Positions 37,885-51,021 of a DNA stretch of 64,000 nucleotides are shown one piece after another. Positions within the stretch are counted from its first letter, which is position 1, and each line of letters starts with the position of its first letter. Source of the stretch: Rhizophagus irregularis (Eukaryota); assembly GCF_026210795.1 (NCBI RefSeq), contig NC_089429.1, positions 4,154,001 through 4,218,000 on the forward strand, read 5' to 3'. The position numbers were made by a program, and so were the translations under genes. The notes under the pieces were generated by a model, which made no database searches, was not told the origin of the DNA, and saw only the letters and a program-made list of their open reading frames with translations.

Positions 37885-40800
37885 TTATATGGCTGTAAAA
37901 TAAAAATTATTTTTTATCCAAATTCTATTTGTAGTATCATGATTTGGTAGTTGGCACCTTTCTGAATTACAATTATGAATAAAATGTACTTTTTGAACAT
38001 TATCTATTACAGTAATTGGAAAAATACGTCTCCATTTATCTCCTGTTGCTTGGAGACGGTAAAGTGGACATTTTAATACTGAATGTTCAACCATAGTATC
38101 TTCAAACCAATCTACAACAATAAATGCATAATATTTGTTATTGTTACCCTTATGTTGAAAGATACCTTTGATTATTGCATAAGATTCTTCATGATCTTCT
38201 TCATAAATTGTGATAAAATCATCGAGATGTAGGTGAACTTTTGAAAGGATACCATTTTCTTCTTCAATCATATATGATGCAAATTTGTACCAACTAATTG
38301 AAGAGTTTATAAGTGCCGCCTCAAACTTCATATCCACATAAGATAAAAACAATTCAGTTTTAAAATTATGTAAAGTTAAAAGAAGTTTATCACGTTCCTG
38401 CTTTGGCATTCTTTTTTTTAATGAAATATTGGAAATAAAGTTTACTGGAGATATAACTAAATTAAAAGATTAGTAAATATAAATATCAAACATGTACTAT
38501 TATATGCAATAAAATACTTACTTTTTGTATCATCATCATCGTCTTGAACTTGTTCAGTTGCTTCAGTTGAATATTTATCTTCTGTAACATACCAATTTAA
38601 AAATAATTGTCCAAAATTTGAATTTGTAAATCCAGTACAAGATCTATTAAATCTTGGATCAATACCACCATCTGCTAAATGTCGAATTGCAAATAAAGTA
38701 TTGTAACGCTTTAATAAATCTAAATCTATGTTTTTGCAATTAGTTTTTGGTACCATCCCCTTAAAAATACGATGGACCATTTCTTTTATACCAACTTGGG
38801 TATTAATAAGTGTTCCAAAGGTTTTAGCATGCATCAAAAGATGCATATTAACGTGTATGTTTGGTAAATTAACAAAATTTACAAAAACCTATAAAAAGTA
38901 AAATATTGTTAATTATTTGAAATTATTCCACATTTCAATATCAAATTTGTAACTATACCTTTGGAAGGATTGAAAACTCTTCTTCAAGACATTGTTGCAA
39001 TTTCTCATAGCTATCTGATGTAAATTTCTTGTTAAAAACTGCTTTCATAGTTTTTGCAACATGTATCCAACAAGATATAATAATTTTTGGAACTGAACTA
39101 ACTCGAAATACATCAATTCTTTGTTGAATTATGGCTGTTTCATTACGTTTGATACTTGATTCTTTTAAAAACTGGTTTAACAAAAATGGCATAATCATAG
39201 CTAATCTAAGTAAATCCTACATCATAAAACTATTGTAGTGAGTAATCGGATTTGGTAAGCGAGACCATCTTTTTGGGATTTCAAAATTTTTCCAAATTTC
39301 GATAAAATTATCTTCTCCTTCTCGTGAAAATAATTCACAAGTTAATTTTAGTAGCCGCCCAATCTTTCCTGCAGTCGCATGATAAACATCCTGCGGCGTC
39401 TGTAAATGTCTTTCCCTTTTTAATTTATCTAAAATACTAGGTAATGATCATAAACCATATTCCGTACAAAGTTGATCTCTTCTTGACATTATAGTCTCAT
39501 GAGAAATTTTTAAGATTTCTTCGTCTGTAATATGATGATAACGTAATGTTGTTACGATATCCTGATTGTGAGCACTCAATGATTCTTTAGTAGTTTTACA
39601 AGTACGACAACCCTTATTTGCATTATGTCTAAATTTATTTTTTAAAAAATTTTAATAGTTGTCATAAAATTATATTATTATATTATTAACTAAGTTGAAA
39701 AAATACCTTAGTACTCCTGTCATATCGTTACCTTGAGGTAAATCTGCCGTAACAACGCCTAAACCAGCAATTATCCATGCATCTTGTCCTTGGACAGTCA
39801 TCACCTTTCCTTTCTCTAATTCCTTCATTTCTGAAATGAATGGTATCATAAATTCGTCAAATTTTCCTCCAAATGGGATAAACCCAATAACAAAATGGTT
39901 ATTTATTAGCTTTCTTTGATGTGCTGGCATATTTCCAAACTGTACATAAACACCACCTAGAGAATGGTATACATTTCTAAATGTACCAAAATCATCATAA
40001 TAAAGATCTAAAAACAGCTTATAGATTGGCATAGATGATGATGGTGGATTTCTAATAGAAATGTAATCAGATGGATGTAGGTATGAAAGCTTTACATTAC
40101 GAACGTGCCAACGGTCATTACATTTATAAATTATTTCACTAATCCGCAATGAACCATCAGGAATATTTTGATGTTGAAACATCATCAATATAGTTACTTT
40201 TTCTAAAATTTGAGAAGTCATTATAATTAAAAATCATTCGTCTTGTAACCATACTTCACCGGTAATAGAACGACGTTGTCTTGGTAACCCTTTTAAATTT
40301 CCGGGTAAATCACTATATTCCAAAATTTTTGAATTCGTAACTGATAATATCCATCATGATTTTTTAAAATTGATCTTAATCTTCCAAGTTTTTTTTGACC
40401 ATTATCATCAGCGATAGTAAACAAAATCACCAGATCGGTACAATACTATTTATTAAAAATAAATAACTTTAATAAATATTATCAATGATAATAAATTATA
40501 ATTGTATCAAAGTGTATTAATTTATAACCTTCTAATATTAATATTTCATGTTGTCCAAAAAGTGGGGATTCCCCCCATAAATTTCCATGCCAAAATTCTG
40601 ATTTTTCTTCAGAATTAATGCCGGGTCCAAAATACATATGCTTCATTAGCATCGGATTATTAAGAACACGCCATATAATTTCACTAATTGAGAGTTGATA
40701 CGAAAGTTTTGATCCTCGTGAGGTTGATGGAGTTTTTTTTGGTGAAATTTTAATAGACTTTGTTATTATTGGTAGGAGAGGAAGACGTTTTCTCCATGAT

Positions 40801-42087
40801 TGGAATCTTCAGATATTTTTTACCACATGGGTAGGTTCAAATTGAGAATTGTGAATGATATCGACAAGACATCAGGAAATTTGTTTTGGCGTAATTTAGT
40901 GTAATATTTCGAAGGTGGTGTAAAATTTTGAAATATTACACTAAAAACGTAATATTACAAAAGTTTACACTCTTAAATTTGAATAATTATAGTAATTTAA
41001 GAATATCTCGCTATCTACTGATCCAATCAAGACGATCTATAGCTCATTGGAATCAGCTCGTCAAGACGGATCGAATGGTAGTAAAATCATATCTCTACGT
41101 TTGATAGAACGCTCTATAGTATGCAGTAAAGTTTTAAATTAATAGAAAGTCATCTATCAAACGTAAAGATACGATTTTACTACCATTCGATTCGTCTTGA
41201 TGAGCTGATTCCAATGAGCTATAGATCGTCTTGATTGGATCAGTAGATAGTGAGATATTCTTAAATTACTATAATTATTCAAATTTAAGAGTGTAAACTT
41301 TTGTAATATTACGTTTTTAGTGTAATATTTCGAAATTTTACACCACCTTCGAAATATTACACTAAATTACGCCCAAACAAATTTCCTGATGATCTTCATA
41401 TGCTTTCGTAGAAACATTATGTTTCTGAAGCCAGCAAAATAATGCCGTAGTTGTATAATTATCAAAGTACGGTGCAAATTGACCATTGCAGAACGGTATC
41501 TTGTCTTCATCTAACGCTTCAACAATTTGATGTATTTCTTCCTCTTCGTTATTACGTTCCTCTTCATCATTATTACGTTCCTCTTCATCGTTATTACGTT
41601 CCTCTTCATCGTAATTACGTTCCTCTTCATCGTAATTACGTTCCTCTTCATCGTTATTACGTTCCTCTTCCACTTGATTATTATTATCATCATTATTACC
41701 TTCATCCTCCTCCTCTTCGTCATTGTTTTCATTATTATCTTCCTCCTCTTCCTCCTCTTCATAATTGTATTCGTTATCACTTTCTTCTTCCTCTTCAGTA
41801 TCAGATGAATTGACATTATCTTGCGAAAATATCATCTCATCATTGTAGTCTTAAGGATTAATTGATCCATATGCATTATCGTCATCATTAATGTCTTGAA
41901 AATTTAAATCATCTTTATGATCATACTGAAAGTCCATGTCATCGTTATCATTATCAGGTGAACGTACAGGCAAACGAATTGCCACTCTCTCGTCAGAATC
42001 TGTTGTCTCATTAGGTTTGCTGTAAGAAAACCGATTTTAAATTCGAATTGGCTCTATTGGCTTGTTGTGACTATATCGTCTTCTCAT
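37885..42087 (-). pseudogene. Plavaka-like transposase (multi-exon; stops and a foldback insertion)
   Basis: APYFDNYT..LFCW, MYFGPG..EFWHG.LW.ESPLFG, LYYDDFGTFRNVYHSLGG, ADLPQGND..GV..HNA.KGCRTC, TPQDVYH, LPNIH...HL, KEMVHRIFK; acidic EEERNND repeats. Confidence 0.8.
40870..41391. mobile_element. 522-bp foldback MITE (near-perfect palindrome, CATCAGG...CCTGATG)
   Basis: Arms of ~238 bp with few mismatches and a ~45-bp loop; interrupts YEDLVDI of the transposase. Confidence 0.95.
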
Positions 42088-42319
42088 CTTTATAACAATT
42101 TAAAATAATTCAAATTTAATTAGAATTTTATAAATTCAATTAGAACTAAATTTATTAAATACTATTAGTGTGTTGGCAAAAAAAAAATGCAATTAAGTAA
42201 TCAATTCGGTTAAATTACTGCCGATTTGGCTACACAAAATTTAGGGTCAATTATACCGGCTGTATATGGTTAATGACAATTGGTATGACAAATAATATTA
42301 TCGAAAATAGTCATTTATT

Positions 42320-42540
42320 GAATGAAAATAAAATAAAATATATAATAATATAAAACATAATAATAAAATAAAATAAAACATATAATAATATAAACATAAT
42401 AATAATTAAATAAAATAAAACATATAATAAAATAAAACATATAATAATAAAATAAAATAAAACATAATATTAAAATAAAATAAAACATAATAATAAAATA
42501 AAATAAAATATATTAAAATAATAAAATAAAAAATAAAAAA
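42320..42540. repeat. AT-rich low-complexity repeat (AATAAAATAAAACATAT-like)
   Basis: Visible degenerate short units. Confidence 0.85.
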
Positions 42541-43127
42541 TCAATGACGTCGGTGAGAGCGCCCGCGCTCTCGGTGGTAAGGAGATCGAGAACGAGAGCG
42601 CCTGCGCTCTTGGTGGTAGTAGGGGGATCGGGAGCGAGAGCGCCTGCGCTCTCTATACTCGTATGTCCTACGATCCATCCTATTTCTCCGGGCGGCCTGA
42701 ACTAATGCTTAAAACAAAGCAAGTATTAATATAAATGCAATGAATTAATGAAAAAATCAGTTAAATAATAAATACTTACGCTCCACTCTCCAAAACTCGT
42801 CAGAGAGTTCCTGGTTGAATCTCTCGTCATGCAAAGTCGGGTACGAGTGGGATATCCTTCAGGATTTCTGTTTATTAATCTCTCTAAATTCTCGTACCCC
42901 GACTTTAGCGCATTCCATTTCTCTCTACATTGTTTTCTAGTTGGCCTGAATATGTGGTTGTTTCGTATATCACGAGCAATTCCACGCCATAATTGGTTTT
43001 GGTCATGTAACCTCGTTGTGGTGAATAAGGGCTGATAGGCCCGACGACGCTGAATTAAGGTCAAAGCAGCGTCATCAGACCATTGAATGTATACTGGAAG
43101 ATTTGTGTTTAAGTTTAATGCTGCCAT
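42541..43127 (-). pseudogene. Myb/SANT-like (trihelix) DNA-binding protein with Arg/Ser-rich tail; one frameshift near 42840
   Basis: WSDDAALTLI...LWRGIA...PTRKQCREKWNALKSGY; exon 2 encodes RERRRSRSRSPYYHQERRRSRSRSPYHRERGRSHRRH*. Confidence 0.8.
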
Positions 43128-43196
43128 TATTAAATATTATTAGTTTGATGGGGAAAATGTCAAGAAAAGGCTCTATATTTATAATAAATTTATTAT

Positions 43197-43605
43197 GATT
43201 TCTTTGAGTTTATTTTTATGATCTTGTCTAAATTTTTTAGTTCTAATGCAATCATTCTTAATTAATTTATTTAACATTGAATACATACATAATTTTTTTT
43301 TGATTTCTTTGAGTTTATTTTTACGATCTTGTCTAAATTTTTTAGTTTTAATGCAATCATCCTTAATTAATTTATTTAACAATGAATACACACATAATTT
43401 TTTTTTGATTTCTTTGAGTTTATTTTTACGATCTTGTCTAGTTCTAATGCAATCATCTTTAATTAATTTATTTAACATTGAATACACACATATTTTTTTT
43501 TGATTTCTTTGAGTTTATTTTTACGATCTTGCCTAAATTTTTTAGTTCTAATGCAATCATCTTTAATTAATTTATTTAACATTGAATACACTCAATTTTT
43601 TGATT
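43197..43605. repeat. 105-bp tandem repeat (~4 copies) between divergent genes
   Basis: Units start at 43197, 43302, 43407 and 43502. Confidence 0.92.
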
Positions 43606-44772
43606 TATCAATTTATTTTAAAAATATAATTATAGTAATACTGCATTAATTAATATATATAAATAAAAATAAATAAACAAATTCTATTAATAAAAAATGA
43701 ATTAAAATGTTATCTTTATACTTTATAATTATAAAATATAATATTTTAAATCACGCATGTCCTTCCTTGATTATATTTCATATTACACTGCGATGATATA
43801 TTACAATTATACTGAATTTTAAGCTAACCTTAATTTACACCGTAAGGAACTTAATTCGATCTTAATTTACTCCGTTTTAGGAATATTATCGAACAATTAA
43901 ACAAATGATTAGTTGCACATGACTTGTATTATTTGAATAGTTGATACTTTATATACCGATATTTGATTACACCAATATGTATTAAAACTCTTTCCTATCA
44001 GTAATTTCACAATTTCAATCAATATATCGGTATTTTTCAAATATCGTTGTAAGTCGACTACTGTAGATCCCATCTATTTTTTATGTAATCAATCCAGAGG
44101 CTTACACTAAATAGATATAGCTTAGTTAGATAGGATCATCACATGGTTCATTGGCTCAGTTATTTTTCCGTCAAGAGTACCAGGATCTTATAAATTTTTT
44201 TTTCTTGCATGTCATCGTATCACACATAAAAATGGAAATTCAAAATGTAATATTCCATTAATTTCTTCTCACTCCTTTTCTTCTACCTTTCCATTATTTT
44301 TCTTCTCATTTCACGTATAGCCTGAAAAATATAATAAATTTGAAACCGTAAAATCGATTTGAGGTAATCTTCCATGTAAAAAAAAAATTTCACTGAATGA
44401 AATTCGATATTGTAATAATTTATTTATATTAATTAAATTTAATTTTCGATCTTCTAGAAATCATAATTTTTAGTTTTCCCATCTCCTGATATTTTTAACT
44501 GATCCTGCATTCTACACGATACACAATGATATTAAGATCATGTATATTTTCCAATTAAATACTACAATCATAATTACAATAGCTAAAATCTCAAAATTAT
44601 ATCATGATAACCTCGCCCTTTTTTTTGTTCATTCAATATTTATCATCTACTTTTTTGAGCAAGAAAGTTGCTCTACATTTTTTATTCATTCATATTTTCT
44701 TGATAAATATCACCTACTTTTAAACAAAAAGGTTGTTCCACTTTTTTTTTCGCTCATATTTTTTTTTATATT

Positions 44773-45085
44773 ATGACGACTAAACGTAAATTACCTAATA
44801 AATCGTCTGATGATAATCAAGAAATGGAAGTTGAAGGAGGTATGTAGATATAACTCTTTTATAAATTTATAGTAAGTTTTGCTTATATAGTTATATGTAA
44901 GAAGAATAATTAATAAATACCAAAAATATGTATAATAGGATCGAAAAGAAAACAAATTACAAAAAAAAGAAGAGATATTGACATTGAGAAAGCTAATCAG
45001 TTGATGAAAAAAAGTAAAAATAGTAATAAAGAAGCTGCCGAATCTGCTGATAAAGAAGTTATAGTAGTAAATGAAAAAAGAAGTA

Positions 45086-45132
<47 letters not shown>

Positions 45133-45955
45133 AATGATGATGATGATGATGAGAGTAAGACGGAAGATCATAAAAAACCCAAAGTATTTCAATCAAAGTC
45201 AAATTTAGAAATAGTTGCTTGGCTCGTCGACCATCCGGAAATTTTAAGATTGGCACTAGAAATGAACAATACGGATGTTGCTATCTCATCATCCAGTAAA
45301 ATTACGGACGTAAGTATTAAATTAACATGATTTTATTATGTCTAAATCTTTTAAATAATGTATTTTTAATATTTTAGGATAAAATTCGTCTATGGGACGA
45401 AAGTGTCAAGTGTCTTTTTTTACGTGCAAGAAGTCTGTGTGGTGAAGTTTTTGATGAGTTGATAACAAAAATTTTCAAAATAAAAATACATTCGAACGAA
45501 GCTAAAAGCTACCTCGAAAAAACCCGAAAATTTTTTATCGATTTCAGAAATAAGTTTAACCAAATTATTTTAACTTCTGTAGAAGAATTTAAAGAAATAA
45601 GAAAAAACAGGTATTTATTTAATTGTTTTGTAGCTAACCAAATAGTGCTGTTTGTATTAATTATTAATTTAATTATAGAGCATCTACTGGAAGTTTATCT
45701 CAAAAGGAACTTATAGATTACGTTGATGAAGAATTTGTCCAAAAGATTTTAAGCCGACAGCTTGTAGCTGTTAATATTTCAGAATTAACAAGAAATGAAG
45801 GATTCAATACCTTAGTTGATTTCGTAAGAGAAACCTTTAAGGTTTCGTGGAATGGAAAAAATTTGTCCGCCGTTAAAGAATTAGATAATATGACCAAAAA
45901 ATTAACGATCCCTTCTAGGAGCGGAAATAAGATCGTTGATTCTTTATCGGTAAGT
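44773..45955 (+). CDS. Plavaka-associated accessory protein (poly-Asp tract; KCLFLRAR and ELDNMT..LTIPSRSG motifs), at least 4 exons
   Basis: MTTKRKLP...; (GAT)n at 45086-45150; exons open; homologous to 54331-62640. The 3' end is uncertain. Confidence 0.65.
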
Positions 45956-48039
45956 TATTTTATTTATACTGTACTGATACTTCATATCCTTTAATCATAG
46001 TTATTAATAATAATATTAAATTATACATAGTTATAAATCTTAGCAAATGCTCTAATTTTTTTATAAAATTATGCATTTTATAACGATATTACATTGAATA
46101 AATTTAGTAAATTTTACAAGCAAATGATAATATGAAACATCATTATTCTAAACATTATACTATAATGTCGAGTGATAATAATATAAAATAAAATGGATGT
46201 ATAAAACTATAAAATGTTTGTCTAAGATATAACATTTTCAAGTTTAAAAAGTAATTGTTGTTTTGTTAAAAATGGAATGGTTATTATATGACGTTTCTTC
46301 TTTAGTATATACGGCCTAAATATCTCTATATATTTGACGTTCTTATACAGATCAAAAAGAATACATTTGCGTAACATTTGCGTAAAGTAAGAACTTTAAA
46401 GTTTAAGCCAATTCTGACTGGTAATTTACAAAATAACAAACACATTTCTTAAAAAAAAATTCTGAATCAGAATACTTTTCCGGTTTCCATCTTCGATTCT
46501 GCAAAAAATTGAAAAGTTCAGGTGATAATTTAAGAAATATCCACCTATAAAGAGACTAAACAATTATCAGGTTGATCAAGTTCGTGTAATACCAAATTTA
46601 ATAAATTGTCTGATTAAATGATCGTGTATATTAAATGATCGCGTATATTATAAGGCTATAAGGCCTATTAATTCCTAAAAAGTCAATTTAACCACTATTT
46701 TATTTAACCGCTATTTATTTGTACGTTTTTTTTTTTTGAAAAAAAAAACTTTCTTTCTGAAAGTAGAGTCTTCCTCCTATACCATTTGCCGTCGTGCATA
46801 GTGTGTTATAGGAAAAGGCGGACTTGAATTATATAGGTGTAAGCTTATGTTATATAGGCGTAAAGCTTATATAATTAACGCAACGAAAATCCTTTAATCA
46901 AAGGTTAAAATAGGCATGATGGGATATTCTCATATATCATGAGCTCTGTCTGTTCGAAGTGTCGTTTTATATATAATTAAGTAGGCTTAAGTCGTAAGTA
47001 ACTTTTTTATAACATTGATTATTGGAGAATTAAGTGGCAAAAATAATTTTTAGTTTGTAAGACTTTTAACTCCATACCAACTTGTGTGTGTTTGGCGTGT
47101 AATTAATTTTCTAACCCTTAGACCCACTCGTGGGTTAGGTAGGTTGCTTTGCACTTCTTGCAGTCTACCTTATAATGGGTTTTAGATCCACGTTTGCCCA
47201 TTTAAAATTTATTAAACAGGATGTCATTCGTCCAAACACATTGCAACGTTTGTTGATGAAGCTATAATTGTCTAATAAAAGTTCGCTTTGCCAGGCAATT
47301 TATGGTGGATTCAATGGATCAAATTACAAACAACAATAATGCAGTCATATGAGAATTCCAGGCCAAAGAATAAGGGTGAATTGTCAAAGTTGAGAATATA
47401 TTTGTATTTTTTTTTTAAAGCCGTCATTCTCATGAACTTTTTCATTGTATCCCTAAATTCAATGATTTTGGTAATGATGAAACTGCAGTTGTTTATAGGG
47501 GTTTCCCGCCAAACTTCTGAGGTGAATTTATGTCTGGTGTTTTCGAATATACTTATCCTTTTTGCAATAGAGTCGTAGCAAGTCTTCTTAAAACGTACCT
47601 GTGACACCCATCCAACTTGGGCAGTGTCGCTGAATTTAAAGCAAGGTACCCGGTTAATCCTCAACTTTGGGTTGATGAGTTATGATTCTGGAATATTAAG
47701 GCATAATGTTTTGACTTACATCACCAATTTAACTCATAATTCTAATTTATTGAATTAGTTTATTATAGATTTATTGATATTTTTTTTATCTGTTATATAA
47801 TATTTAAACTAATGTATACTTTATCTGTAATTAAAATTGTTATTGTAATAAATAACCGGTAACTTAAATCTATTGAAATTAACTTTTAAATTAGATTACA
47901 AATTATTAAAATATTATAAAACGATATTTGATTGATTTGATATTTTTAAAGGTAAATTCAATATTTATAGATAATATCATTTTGATATTATTATTTTGAT
48001 ACTGAATTAATATTATATCGATATTGCATTTATTAAAAA

Positions 48040-48720
48040 AAAATCATTATTGTTATAACAATATCAAAATGATATCGTTTCGTTATTTGTCAATATCGAT
48101 TAGATAATTATAAAGTGATATCTTTATGATATTATATTGACATTGACATAATATCAAAATGATATCATATTAATATCATATTTACTTTCTATTTTTCATT
48201 ATTGTTATAACAATATCGAAATGATATCAATTTGATGTTTCGTCAATATCGTTATGATGTCGATTAGATAATTATAAAGTGATATCTTTACGATATCATA
48301 TTGATATTGAATTAATATTAGAACGATATCATATTAATATCGTATTTACTTTCTATTTTTCATTATTGTTATAACAATATCGAAATATTGAAATGATATC
48401 GATTTGATGTTTCGTTAATATCGTTATGATGTCGATTAGATAATTATAAAGTGATATCTTTACGATATCATATTAATATTGAATTAATGTTGGAACGATA
48501 TCATATTAATATCGTATTTACTTCCCATTTTTCAAAAAATTCATTGTTGTTATAACAATATCGAAATAATATGGATCTGATATTTTTTCAAACAAATATC
48601 TTTACGATATCATTTTGATATATTGAATTAATATTGAAATGATATCATTGCGATATCATAATGATATCATTTGCAAATCGATATCACCACGATATTTATT
48701 TAACATCATTATTATATCAA
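48040..48720. repeat. ~150-180-bp GATATC-rich subterminal array (~4 copies)
   Basis: TCATTATTGTTATAACAATATC recurs at about 48043, 48196, 48360 and 48541. Confidence 0.85.
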
Positions 48721-49439
48721 TTCGGTATTGTTTAAAAATTCAAGGTTTCTATAAAGTACGCTATCTTTTAATATGCTATCTTTTAATATGTTATTTTAAT
48801 ATGCTATCTTTAATATGCTATCTTTTAATATGTTTCTATATTATCTTTTATGTTCTGTTTTTTTAATATACTATCTTTCAATATATTTCTATTTTTAATA
48901 TGTTGCATGTTATCTTTTATGTTCCATCTTTTAATATACTTTCTTCCAATATGTTTTTATCTTTAATATATTATATTCCATCTTTTGTGGCTTATATCTT
49001 TTCATATCATCTTTTATATTATCTTTTATCTTCTATATTATCTTTTCATATTATCTTTTATATTATTTTTTATAATATGTTTTATAATATTATTTTTATG
49101 TAGTTTCATTATGCGTATTCCTTTAATCCGCTATCCCTCCATTTTATATGATTTATCTTTTGTGGCTTATAATTATTCTTTCTAATTGTTCTTATTGTTG
49201 AACTCAATAAACCGGTTGCTAAGCCATAATTGATCGACTCCCTACTCAATCTATTGGTTCCTTGTTGATCATTCAATAAATATTACATCATGTAGATCAT
49301 TACTCTTCCTAAATATTTATCCTTTTCGGCTAATCATTTATCCATTCACGCTGATTCAAGATTTGTTCGTTCGTACTTAATACTTAACGTTCACATTTGT
49401 CCATTTGGTATATTATTTGTTCACGCTTAATATTCGACT

Positions 49440-49551
49440 GTTTACAGCGGATATTTCGGATGACAGATTTCTAATCGGATCGGATAAACGGATGGCGGAT
49501 TCTAATCAGATCGGATAAAATGGTGACGGATATCTTCAGATTGGAACACTA
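49440..49551. mobile_element. hAT-like element end (TAGTGTTCCAATC on - strand) with CGGAT motifs
   Basis: Clustered CGGAT/ATCGG motifs ending at ACACTA; no partner end found. Confidence 0.5.
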
Positions 49552-49559
49552 GTTTATTA

Positions 49560-50190
49560 CAACAAAAATGAATATGACATTATTACATATACTATTGTTC
49601 CACTTCTACTCTCAGCCAATTGAAAAGATACTGCTATTAGAAATACACTCGATTGAATATAAAATAAAAATCATTCTATAATATAATCACAAATAAATAA
49701 AAATTCTGTTAATGAATTTTAAATGCCAGGTTATATAGCATGTACATTTCCAACTTTATATCTGACTGGAAGTACAGATCTTTATACAGAATATATTAAA
49801 AATATAAAACTTGCTAAGTATTTCAGGCATCTTCTTCAATACAAGAACAGAAGATTTGTGTGTCATACTTATTAGCAGTATTTTGCATTGACATTGGCAG
49901 ACACTACAAGAAGAAAAGGTATACATTAAGCAAAATCTTACCAATGCACAAATTACCATTACAAATATTCAGGAAAAAATTACCCAAGACAATAACTATT
50001 AGTACCGCTGATTTGCATTGGCCTGATTTCTATTGGCTTATGCCATCTAATGGTAATTGTAAAGCTTTAGCCAAATGCCATTACCAAAATATCATGGATA
50101 ATTCTCATATCACAGACTGGTTTTTTCATAAGCAATTTAAAATTTTCTTTAACAACGTCTTAAAAAAATAATGGGATTTGGAGAATTAAT
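49560..50190 (+). pseudogene. Degenerate Helitron Rep/helicase N-terminal fragment
   Basis: NEF.MPGYIACTFPTLYLTG..DL and TISTADLHWPDF..LMP...DNSHITDWFF motifs of the Helitron_like_N region; many stops. Confidence 0.7.
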
Positions 50191-50491
50191 CAAAATTTAC
50201 TCTCCAAGAAAGTTCAACCTGAATTTTTAAAGAACCTAGATCTAAAAAATAAGCAAAAAAATTCACTTTTAATAAAAAAAAAAATGATAAAAAAAATCTG
50301 ATATGACACCTATAAATTTACCAAATCATATTCAATCCTGGATCCTGAAATTAAAGATATATCAATATCTACAAAAAATAAGAAAATTAAAATTAAGAAA
50401 AAGACATTAAAATAAAAAAATATAAGTTTTGAAGCATTTCAAAAACTTACCAAATTCAATCTCAAATCTTAAGGCTGAAGGAACTGAATAT

Positions 50492-51021
50492 CCCTATAAA
50501 AAGTATTTATATTTAAAATATAATTAAAAACTTTTTAAAATATATTTAAATTATACTTAAAATATATTTAATTTAAAAATTGCGAAATACTTATAATATA
50601 CTTAAAATGTATTTAAAATTATCTTAAAATATATTTCTAATATATTTAATTTTTGCCAAAATACTTAAATTATACTTAAATTATACTTAAATCAAAATTT
50701 AAGTATATTATAGATATATTTTTTACATACTTAAAATATATTTATAATATATTTTATAATATATTTTAAGTATATTTTAAATACATAAAAAATATACTTA
50801 TAATAGTAGTTTTATAATATACTTAAATTTTAATTTAAATATAATTTAAATATATTTTAAGTATATGGGCAAAAATTAAATATATTAGACATATGTTTTA
50901 AGATAATTTTAAGTATATTTTAGATATATTAAAAATATATTTTAAGTATTTTGCAATTTTTAAATTAAGTATATTTTAAATATATTTTAAATATATTTTA
51001 AGTATAATACTTTTTATAGGG
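50492..51021. mobile_element. 530-bp MITE, TIR CCCTATAAAAAGTATT, 3-bp TSD TAT
   Basis: TAT at 50489-50491 and 51022-51024; same terminal 11 nt as the element at 54903-61373. Confidence 0.92.

Larger units (their letters stand above)
35810..48743. mobile_element. ~13-kb Plavaka-like (CACTA-related) element with transposase, Myb/SANT gene and accessory gene
   Basis: GATATC-rich arrays at both ends share the inverted 19-mer GATATCGCAATGATATCAT (~35840 and ~48639). Exact termini and TSD were not resolved. Confidence 0.55.

Noticed and set aside
43179..43503. Repetitive ORFs on both strands
   Set aside because: By-products of the 105-bp tandem repeat.
46940..47605. TCTGTTCGAAGTG (~46950) and GTACCTGTG (~47595) as the right TIR of the element starting at 32270
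   Set aside because: Only partial matches and no consistent TSD.
46780..47700. ORF 47311-47664 and neighbours inside the Plavaka-like element as a cargo gene
   Set aside because: Non-ATG start, stops downstream and no recognisable domain.
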